A stretch of 62,463 nucleotides of DNA, counting the filler. It is 8 parts of 8 records of this genome, joined end to end, with 100 filler letters (N's around TTAATTAATTAA, not from the genome) between each part and the next. Parts side by side here need not be neighbours in the genome. Positions count along the whole stretch, not along the records: positions 16,533 to 27,120 come from SRR31156797_56088; positions 27,221 to 33,664 come from SRR31156797_56110; 6 more parts are not named here. One strand, written 5' to 3'. A program made the position numbers and the translations under genes. This document shows positions 20,073 to 27,302 of this stretch, piece after piece. Below the pieces are notes generated by a model. It saw nothing but the letters and a program-made list of their open reading frames with translations, was not told where the DNA came from and did not search any database. Positions within the stretch are counted from its first letter, which is position 1; each line of letters opens with the position of its first letter.

Positions 20073-21254
20073 ATGAAAAAAACAACGACTTTTATTGTAA
20101 TATTTTTCATAGCTTTTGTATCAGCTTATGCCCAAAATGACCAAAACAAAATAGATTGGGGAACACTTTCGGTGGAAGGCCATTTGCAATATCTTGAAAA
20201 TGTATGGATTCAACCCAATACCGAGAAATGGGCAACCATGGGACAGATCAACAACCGCCTGGATTTTTACTGGTACAAAGGAGGATTTTCCACGCAGGTT
20301 GGCATGCGCAATATCCTCAATTTTGGTCAGATGGTTTATGATTATTACCCCTATCTGGCCGATCAGGCTTCAAGGGATTTTGGATGGATGGACCTAACCA
20401 AACAATGGGCCAGCGATTCATCCTACTACCTCCTCACCAATATCGACAGGGCTTACCTGAGCTTTACCCATAACAACCTGGAAGTAATAGCTGGACGCCA
20501 GCGGATAAACTGGGGCACAAACCTGGTTTGGAATCCCAATGATATTTTCAACACCTTCAACTATTTTGATTTCGATTATGTTGAACGGCCCGGTTGCGAT
20601 GCTATAAAGGTTCAGTACTACACGGGCATGGCCTCATCGGTTCAACTGGCATGGAAGGTTGATTCGGATAACAAACATACCATAGCCGGGATGTACAAAT
20701 TCAACAAATGGAATTATGATTTCCAATTTCTGGGTGGCTACATGAAAAATGATATAGTAGTTGGAGCAGGCTGGTCCGGCGATATCAAGGGTGCCGGATT
20801 TAATGGCGAAGCAACTGTATTTTTCCCGGATGAGGTACCGAAAGGTGGCAATGATAATGTTGTATTTGTGGGTTCTGCAGGAGCAAACTACACCTTTCCC
20901 AACAGCCTCTACATCCACGCCAGCGCAATCTATAATTCTGATGGTACAACCGGCAAAGCATTTTTAGGCAGCAATGTCATTATCGATCGCGACATCAGCG
21001 TAAAAACCCTTACCCCTTCCCGCATGGAATTGTTTGGAGAAATAGCTTACCAGATTTCACCGCTGATCAAAGGAATGGTGGCCGGCATATTAAATCCTTA
21101 TGACGGTTCTGCTTTCGTTGGCCCTTCGGTGGACATCTCACTCACCGACAATATTGGGCTGTTATTTATCGGACAATTATTTGCCGGCGAAGAACTCACC
21201 GAATACGGCAACTACGGGCAATTGCTCTATGGAAGATTGAAATGGAGTTTTTAG
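20073..21254 (+). CDS. Putative outer-membrane beta-barrel protein
   Basis: Signal peptide, IDRAYL...GRQRINWG..WNPNDIF...ERPGCDA, alternating aromatic strands, terminal YGRLKWSF. Confidence 0.75.
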   Translation: MKKTTTFIVIFFIAFVSAYAQNDQNKIDWGTLSVEGHLQYLENVWIQPNTEKWATMGQINNRLDFYWYKGGFSTQVGMRNILNFGQMVYDYYPYLADQASRDFGWMDLTKQWASDSSYYLLTNIDRAYLSFTHNNLEVIAGRQRINWGTNLVWNPNDIFNTFNYFDFDYVERPGCDAIKVQYYTGMASSVQLAWKVDSDNKHTIAGMYKFNKWNYDFQFLGGYMKNDIVVGAGWSGDIKGAGFNGEATVFFPDEVPKGGNDNVVFVGSAGANYTFPNSLYIHASAIYNSDGTTGKAFLGSNVIIDRDISVKTLTPSRMELFGEIAYQISPLIKGMVAGILNPYDGSAFVGPSVDISLTDNIGLLFIGQLFAGEELTEYGNYGQLLYGRLKWSF

Positions 21255-21325
21255 CAGCTTGACTTTCGTTATTTTCGGAATTATTTTTGTATATTGTTTG
21301 ATCATACTTTAAAACCGGAGGTAAT

Positions 21326-21748
21326 ATGCAAAAGTTAATTTTCACGATAGCCATCCTGATATTTTCACTGAGTATTTACGCAACCAATCCAGCAGATCGG
21401 GATTCAAAATTGTACGCTTCTGATTCAATTAGCATCAACCAATCTGATTCCCTCGAATATGACATCATCATCATCGAAACAGGATACGATAATTGGATAT
21501 TGACCAATGCCAAACCCAAATGGTACTACACCAATGATTACTACCGCAATAAAAACAAGTTTTTTGTTATCGACTGGAACAATCGTGTAATCAGCACCAT
21601 GCACCGGCCTCCTTTCGAAGAGCAGATTATGTACAGCCCAAACACTGATTATGGCCTTGATGTGAACTATAAACTTTACTGGTACTTTAAATTCATGGAG
21701 TACAAATATGGCATCAAGCTTAATGGTGGTGGCAAAGACAGCTTCTAG
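21326..21748 (+). CDS. DUF6146-like secreted protein
   Basis: Signal peptide, EYDIIIIETGYDNW...YYRNKN..V.DWN.RV...DYGLDVNYKLY.YF. Confidence 0.7.
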   Translation: MQKLIFTIAILIFSLSIYATNPADRDSKLYASDSISINQSDSLEYDIIIIETGYDNWILTNAKPKWYYTNDYYRNKNKFFVIDWNNRVISTMHRPPFEEQIMYSPNTDYGLDVNYKLYWYFKFMEYKYGIKLNGGGKDSF

Positions 21749-21779
21749 ATTTAATGACATTCAACAACTTAAGGATTTG

Positions 21780-21798
21780 GCCCCATATGGGGCTTGTT
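21780..21798 (+). terminator. Possible terminator hairpin
   Basis: GGCCCC-ATAT-GGGGCT with a weak T-tail, after the DUF6146-like gene. Confidence 0.4.
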
Positions 21799-21866
21799 AA
21801 CATATCCTAAATTTTTTCAGGCCTGAAAATATAAATTGATTTTATCCCTATCATTGCGCTGTATAA

Positions 21867-21965
21867 ATGATCAAATCAAACGCTCATATCGCCCTTTTTG
21901 CAAGCTCCACAGAATTTGGTTGTATGGCAATCACCAACATCTTTACAACCACCGGTACCCCGTAA
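21867..21965 (+). CDS. Putative thr operon leader peptide (MIKSNAHIALFASSTEFGCMAITNIFTTTGTP; alternative start 21924)
   Basis: Hand-translated, too short for the ORF track. The last 13 codons hold 5 Thr and 2 Ile. The stop lies in the hairpin TACCCC-GTAA-GGGGTA, 106 nt upstream of thrA. A -7-like TATCATTG sits at 21849-21856. Confidence 0.65.
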   Translation: MIKSNAHIALFASSTEFGCMAITNIFTTTGTP

Positions 21966-22071
21966 GGGGTAAAAGAAAACATATCAGGCATTTAAATATG
22001 CCATATCAAAATCCGGGAAAATCTTTCCTAAATCAGCAAAATCAATCTAGTTTTCAATAAAAAAATCAATT

Positions 22072-24504
22072 ATGTATGTTTTAAAGTTTGGCGGATCAAG
22101 TGTAGGTTCCATCCAAAACATTAAACAAGTAAAACATATCCTGGCATCCCGCAAAAAACCCTTTGTAGTGGTTGTTTCAGCATTTAAAGGCGTAACAGAC
22201 CAGTTGGAGGATCTGGCGCAAAAAGCACTGGACGGCAGTTACAGTGACGCCCTTGAAAAAATAAGAGAAAGGCATCTCGACATTGCCAAAGGGCTCATCA
22301 ACCCGGCTAGTCAATCGGTTGTAATGATCCGGATCCAACAAAAAATTCTGGAACTCGAAAACCTCTGCCGCGGCATACACAGCCTGGAGGAACTTTCCGA
22401 AAAAACCAGGGCACGCATAGTTGGCATGGGTGAAATCATGTCGGTTTTGATCCTGCACCATTATTTAACCCAGGAAAAAATTGACATAGAAAATTTACCT
22501 GCCGGCGATCTGATCCTTGCAAATCACAATCATCTCAATGCGGAAGTTGATTATGGCATTACCTACAAAAATATTAGCCACCGTATAAAACAAACCAAAA
22601 ACTATATTGCACCGGGCTTTGTTGCGAAAAATGGGAAAGGCGAACATGTTTTACTTGGACGGGGCGGTTCCGATTATACGGCATCACTCATTGCTGGTGC
22701 CCTTGATGCTGAAGCCCTTGAACTGTGGAGCGATGTAAACGGCATGCTCAATGCCAATCCCGTTATGGTGAAAAATGCCAAATCCATTAACCGCCTGAGT
22801 TATAAAGAAGCCTTTGAGATGGCCTATTTTGGGGCCAAGGTGGTTTATCCGCCTGCCATCAGGCCGGTGATGCAAAAAGATATACCGGTTTACCTCAAGA
22901 ACACCAACTTCCCGCATGAAGAAGGCACCCTGATACATGGATCAAACATGGGTGAAATCAATAAAATTATTGGTGTTTCAACCCTGCCTAACATGGCAGT
23001 ACTGACCATTTCCGGTGTTGGGCTTGCCGGGACTAAAGGTGTTGCCCGCCGGGTATTTCAAGCTCTGGAGGAAGCGGGTATAAATATTGTTTTTATTACC
23101 CAGGCATGTTCGGAACAAAGTATCTGCCTGGGCATAAAGGCAGATTCCAGGGTGGACGCTCAGGATGCCCTAAACAAACAATTTGCCCATGAAATGATTG
23201 ACGGACTGGTGAATCCGGTGGAAATAGACGAACAGCAAACTGTGCTGGCCGTGATTGGTGATAACATGAAACACCAGGTTGGGCTAAGTGGAAAAATATT
23301 TGGAGCGCTTGGTGAAAACAACATAAGCGTAAAAGCCATTGCGCAGGGAGCTTCGGAGCGAAATATCTCCATTGTGATAGACGAAAAAGATGAACACAAA
23401 GCTGTGAATGTGATACATGAGCGCTTTTTCCAGACAGCCATTAAAAAAGTGCACCTGTTCATTGCCGGGATTGGGAATGTTGGAAAGCAGTTTTTAAAGA
23501 TTCTTGAAAAGCAACAGCCGGTTTTCCTTCAGGATTATCAAACCGAATTAAAAATTGTAGGTGTGGCAAACAGCAGGAAATTCCTCCTGAACAGGGATGG
23601 AATAAAACCGGGGGATGTGAGCGAAATCAACCAATTGGGGACACAACACAGTTCAATTGCTGAGTTTGCCGAAGCAGCAAAAAACATGAACCTGCGCAAC
23701 AGCATTTTTATCGACAATACTGCCTCAGAGGAAGTAAGCCTGCTCTATCCCGGATTATTCGAAAAAAGTATTTCGGTAGTAACCTGCAACAAATTGGCAG
23801 GGAGTTCAACGACTGACAACTATCAAAACCTGAAAAAACTTACCCGCGACAAGAACTGCCATTTTCAGTATGAAACATCTGTAGCTGCTGCACTGCCCGT
23901 AATTAAAACAATTCAGGACCTGCTACACAGCGGGGATAAGATCAACAAAATTGAAGCTGTCCTCTCAGGTAGTCTCAATTTTATTTTCAACAATTACAAT
24001 GGAACCACCCCCTTTGCCGACATTGTGCAACAAGCCAAAGATGAAGGGTATACCGAACCAGACCCAAGGATCGATCTTACAGGTTTGGACGTGATGCGAA
24101 AGATTCTTATTCTTGCCCGCGAGTCGGGTTATACCCTTGAACTCGCAGATGTGAAATTCAGCGGTTTTCTTCCTGGTAAAACGCTCAAAGCTAAATCAAC
24201 TGAAGATTTCATAGAAGCATTGCGAAATGAGGAAGCCTTTTTTAAAAATATGTTTGATGAAGCAAATAATAACGGTTGCAGGCTTAAGGTAGTGGCAGGC
24301 CTTGACAATGGAAACATTTCGGTTTCCCTGCAACAAATTCCTGCCGGGAGCCCGTTTTATCACCTTGATGGGAAAGACAATATCGTTTCGATAACCACCA
24401 GGCGCTACCAGCCTGAACCGCTCATTGTTAAAGGCGCCGGCGCTGGGGCTGAGGTAACTGCCAGTGGTGTATTTTCTGATTTAATCTATATTGTAAACCG
24501 TTAG
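22072..24504 (+). CDS. thrA: Bifunctional aspartokinase/homoserine dehydrogenase I
   Basis: VLKFGGSSV, LGRGGSDYTA, two ACT domains, IAGIGNVG, GYTEPDPRIDL, GAGAGAEVTA. Confidence 0.97.
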   Translation: MYVLKFGGSSVGSIQNIKQVKHILASRKKPFVVVVSAFKGVTDQLEDLAQKALDGSYSDALEKIRERHLDIAKGLINPASQSVVMIRIQQKILELENLCRGIHSLEELSEKTRARIVGMGEIMSVLILHHYLTQEKIDIENLPAGDLILANHNHLNAEVDYGITYKNISHRIKQTKNYIAPGFVAKNGKGEHVLLGRGGSDYTASLIAGALDAEALELWSDVNGMLNANPVMVKNAKSINRLSYKEAFEMAYFGAKVVYPPAIRPVMQKDIPVYLKNTNFPHEEGTLIHGSNMGEINKIIGVSTLPNMAVLTISGVGLAGTKGVARRVFQALEEAGINIVFITQACSEQSICLGIKADSRVDAQDALNKQFAHEMIDGLVNPVEIDEQQTVLAVIGDNMKHQVGLSGKIFGALGENNISVKAIAQGASERNISIVIDEKDEHKAVNVIHERFFQTAIKKVHLFIAGIGNVGKQFLKILEKQQPVFLQDYQTELKIVGVANSRKFLLNRDGIKPGDVSEINQLGTQHSSIAEFAEAAKNMNLRNSIFIDNTASEEVSLLYPGLFEKSISVVTCNKLAGSSTTDNYQNLKKLTRDKNCHFQYETSVAAALPVIKTIQDLLHSGDKINKIEAVLSGSLNFIFNNYNGTTPFADIVQQAKDEGYTEPDPRIDLTGLDVMRKILILARESGYTLELADVKFSGFLPGKTLKAKSTEDFIEALRNEEAFFKNMFDEANNNGCRLKVVAGLDNGNISVSLQQIPAGSPFYHLDGKDNIVSITTRRYQPEPLIVKGAGAGAEVTASGVFSDLIYIVNR

Positions 24505-24505
24505 A

Positions 24506-25438
24506 ATGAAAAATATAATTTGTGCATTCGCCCCGGCAACCATAGCCAATTTAAATGTAGGATTCGATGTAATGGGACTTTCCCTTGGAAACATCGGCGA
24601 TAAAGTTGAAGTTAGTTCAAATGGTACATCTAAAAACAGGATCACTGAAATTGTGAACGGAGACAGCCTCCCTTATGATGTTGATAAAAACAGTTGCAGC
24701 GGAGTTATTAAAATGATGCAGGAGAAAACCGGCTTAAAAGAAGGGCTGGATATCCGTATCAAAAAAGGGTTTGCATCAGGAAGCGGCCTGGGTTCCAGCA
24801 GTGCCAGCAGTGCGGCGGCGGCAGTAGCATTTAACACCTGGGCAGGTAATCCTTTTAACCCGGTTGAACTAATCCCTTTTGCAGCTGAAGGTGAGCGCAT
24901 AGCTTGTGGTACAGCCCATTCCGACAATGTTGCGCCATCCATCCTGGGAGGACTGGTTTTACTTCATGATTCCAAAATAGTACCGCTTCCGCTGCCTGCA
25001 GATTTACATGCTGTTTTGTTCTTTCCCAAAATCACCATCAACACCAAGGGCTCCAGGAGTATTGTAAAAACTGAAATCCCGATCCAAACCGTGAACAGAC
25101 AGGTTGCAGATATGGGTGCATTTGTGGCATCATTGTACCAAAACGACATGGAGCTGCTCAGGGCTTCACTACAAGACCTGTTGGTCGAACCTTCACGCAA
25201 AATGCTTATTCCCAAATTTGATAAGATGCGCACGGCTGCCATGCAAAATCATGCGCTTGGTTTTGGCATATCCGGTTCCGGCCCTTCCATGTTTGCCCTT
25301 GCCAAAAACCGCCAGGATGCCGAACAGATAGAAAATGTGCTCAAAACGACTTTTGCATCTACAGGCATCGGATATCAACATTTTATTGAAAAATTGAGCA
25401 ACAGGAGCAACGCAATAATCACCCAATTTGACGATTAA
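24506..25438 (+). CDS. thrB: Homoserine kinase
   Basis: APATIANLNVGFD, GSGLGSSSAS, HSDNVAP, GISGSGPS. Confidence 0.95.
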   Translation: MKNIICAFAPATIANLNVGFDVMGLSLGNIGDKVEVSSNGTSKNRITEIVNGDSLPYDVDKNSCSGVIKMMQEKTGLKEGLDIRIKKGFASGSGLGSSSASSAAAAVAFNTWAGNPFNPVELIPFAAEGERIACGTAHSDNVAPSILGGLVLLHDSKIVPLPLPADLHAVLFFPKITINTKGSRSIVKTEIPIQTVNRQVADMGAFVASLYQNDMELLRASLQDLLVEPSRKMLIPKFDKMRTAAMQNHALGFGISGSGPSMFALAKNRQDAEQIENVLKTTFASTGIGYQHFIEKLSNRSNAIITQFDD

Positions 25439-25440
25439 AA

Positions 25441-26718
25441 ATGAACTACCTGAACACCAAAGACCCTACGGAAAGCGTACGTTTTAAAGGGGCTACCCTT
25501 AGGGGATTGGCATCCAAAAAAGGCCTTTATATCCCCGAATCCATTCCCTCGCTTCCTCAAGAATTTTATCGTGATATCACCAACCTTTCAAATCAGGACA
25601 TAGCCAGTGAAGTGATGAAGCATTTTGTGGAGCCCTCAATAAACAGGCAAGTACTGGAAAAAATAGTAAGCGAAACGTTATCCTTTCCAATGCCCGTGGT
25701 AAAGCTTGATGAAAACATCAACGTGCTGGAGTTATTTCATGGCCCTACCATGGCATTTAAAGATGTTGGAGCTCGATTTATAGCCCGTTGCATGTCGGAA
25801 TTTACGGATAACACCCAACCACTAAAAGTGATCGTTGCCACATCCGGAGACACGGGTAGTGCCGTGGCTCATGGATTTCACAATGTTGAAGGCGTAGAGG
25901 TTTATATCCTGTTCCCGAAAAACAAGATCAGTCCATTCCAGGAGCAACAAATGACAACGCTGGGCGGAAACATTCATACCCTTGAAGTAGATGGAACTTT
26001 TGATGACTGCCAGGCGTTGGCCAAGCAGGCGCTAAATGATGAGAAGCTTAAAGAAAAAATACAGATTAGCAGCGCCAATTCAATCAATACAGCACGATTC
26101 CTACCTCAGATGATCTATTACTTTCTAGCGTACAAACAAGTTAAGGCTGAGCTAGACGGCAGAAAATGGATCGTTTCAGTTCCAAGTGGAAATTTTGGGA
26201 ATCTAACCGCAGGTTTGTACGCCAAAAAAATGGGCCTGCCCATTCACCGGTTTATCGCTGCGAACAATGCCAACGATACTTTTTTCAAATACTGGAAAAG
26301 CGGGATATACAAACCAAAGCCATCTGTAGGAACCTACTCCAATGCAATGGATGTAGGCGCACCAAGCAATTTTGAGCGCATTATGCACTTGTATAATGAT
26401 GATCATGAAGCCCTAAAGAGAGATATTGAATCAGCAACTTATTCTGATGAGGAAACCCTTGAAATGATCAGGGAAACATATCAACAAAAAGAATACATTC
26501 TGGACCCTCACGGAGCAGTTGGCATACTTGCTCTCAAAAAGTATATTAAGCCCGGCACATTAGGAACATTCCTCGCAACAGCCCATCCCCGGAAATTTGA
26601 AGATGTTATAAAGAAGGTGATAACTGATTACCCTGAAAATGAGGTTGATTTATCGAAGTGTAAAAAAGTTTCGATTGGTAATGTATATGAAGATTTTCTG
26701 AAACAATTGTCAGGATAG
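25441..26718 (+). CDS. thrC: Threonine synthase
   Basis: LELFHGPTMAFKDVG (PLP lysine), ATSGDTG, SANSIN, VPSGNFGN, TAHPRKF. Confidence 0.97.
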   Translation: MNYLNTKDPTESVRFKGATLRGLASKKGLYIPESIPSLPQEFYRDITNLSNQDIASEVMKHFVEPSINRQVLEKIVSETLSFPMPVVKLDENINVLELFHGPTMAFKDVGARFIARCMSEFTDNTQPLKVIVATSGDTGSAVAHGFHNVEGVEVYILFPKNKISPFQEQQMTTLGGNIHTLEVDGTFDDCQALAKQALNDEKLKEKIQISSANSINTARFLPQMIYYFLAYKQVKAELDGRKWIVSVPSGNFGNLTAGLYAKKMGLPIHRFIAANNANDTFFKYWKSGIYKPKPSVGTYSNAMDVGAPSNFERIMHLYNDDHEALKRDIESATYSDEETLEMIRETYQQKEYILDPHGAVGILALKKYIKPGTLGTFLATAHPRKFEDVIKKVITDYPENEVDLSKCKKVSIGNVYEDFLKQLSG

Positions 26719-26753
26719 GCCTTCAGCAAAATTTTAATCCAAATTCGTAAAAC

Positions 26754-26785
26754 AAAAAAGGGTCTCCCAATGCTGAAAGACCCTT
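26754..26785 (-). terminator. Intrinsic terminator of array unit 1, possibly bidirectional and also ending thrABC
   Basis: Minus strand AAGGGTCT-TTCAGCATTGGG-AGACCCTTTTTT. Homologous copies at 26904-26937 and 27053-27085. Confidence 0.8.
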
Positions 26786-26791
26786 GTATTT

Positions 26792-26880
26792 GTCGGGGCA
26801 GTAAGATTCCCCCGAAGAGGTCCCCGCGGGAGAAATTACGACCTTCCTGCCTGAGCGGGACGCGCAAGCCGAACTACGCT
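26792..26880 (-). pseudogene. Degenerate tRNA-Pro copy 1 with a T-loop insertion and altered anticodon arm
   Basis: D-arm-like AGCGTAGTTCGGCTTGCGC, GGTCGTAATTTC[22 nt]GAATCTTACTGCCCCGAC. The 5' acceptor strand is missing. Confidence 0.75.
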
Positions 26881-26941
26881 TTAGGGTCATTCTCAAGAAA
26901 AATAAAAAAGGACCTTTCATTGCTGAAAGACCCTTTTAGTT

Positions 26942-27031
26942 GTCGGGGTAGTAAGATTCTCCCGAAGGGAAGCCTGCGGCTGAACTTACAACCTCCCTGA
27001 CGCTAAAGGTCAGGATGCGCTAACCGGCTAC
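26942..27031 (-). pseudogene. Degenerate tRNA-Pro copy 2 with a T-loop insertion and altered anticodon arm
   Basis: GTAGCCGGTTAGCGC, GGTTGTAAGTTC[22 nt]GAATCTTACTACCCCGAC. The 5' acceptor strand is missing. Confidence 0.75.
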
Positions 27032-27090
27032 CCATACAATTTCAGAGATAATAAAAAAGGGTCTCTCATTTCTGAAAGACCCTTTATAGT

Positions 27091-27120
27091 GTCGGGGTAG
27101 TAAGATTCGAACTTACGACC
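27091..27120 (-). tRNA. 3' part of a tRNA-Pro (T-arm and acceptor strand), cut by the contig end
   Basis: GGTC-GTAAG-TTCGAAT-CTTAC-TACCCCG-A-C. The CCCCGA end is typical of tRNA-Pro. The anticodon is not visible, so this could also be an uninterrupted repeat unit. Confidence 0.7.
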
Positions 27121-27220
27121 NNNNNNNNNNNNNNNNNNNNNNNNNNNNNNNNNNNNNNNNNNNNTTAATTAATTAANNNNNNNNNNNNNNNNNNNNNNNN
27201 NNNNNNNNNNNNNNNNNNNN
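27121..27220. other. Artificial contig linker 3
   Basis: N44-TTAATTAATTAA-N44. Confidence 0.99.
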
Positions 27221-27302
27221 ACAAGATCATTACAGAGAGGTATTGGCCCGAGAGTGACTGACGTGCCCCGCGATTGGCTGACCCTGCCCGTGCTGCCGTG
27301 GG

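Larger units (their letters stand above)
26754..27120 (-). repeat. Tandem array of tRNA-Pro-derived units, each with a terminator (period 150 and 149 bp)
   Basis: GTCGGGGYAGTAAGATTC recurs at 26792, 26942 and 27091. Each copy is preceded on + by an A6-GGGTCT...AGACCCTT-type hairpin. Confidence 0.9.

Noticed and set aside
21836-22060. 74-aa ORF upstream of thrA in the ORF track
   Set aside because: TTG start and no informative composition. The Thr-rich ORF in another frame (21867-21965) explains the region better.
26628-27000. Short ORFs over the tRNA-derived array
   Set aside because: Chance frames through repeated non-coding sequence.
26942-27031. Functional ochre suppressor tRNA
   Set aside because: No 5' acceptor strand, interrupted T-loop and a 7-bp anticodon stem make aminoacylation unlikely.
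26754-27120. CRISPR array interpretation of the 150-bp-period repeats
   Set aside because: The repeat is a tRNA 3' end plus terminator, the intervening parts are homologous to each other, the period is too long, and no cas genes are present.
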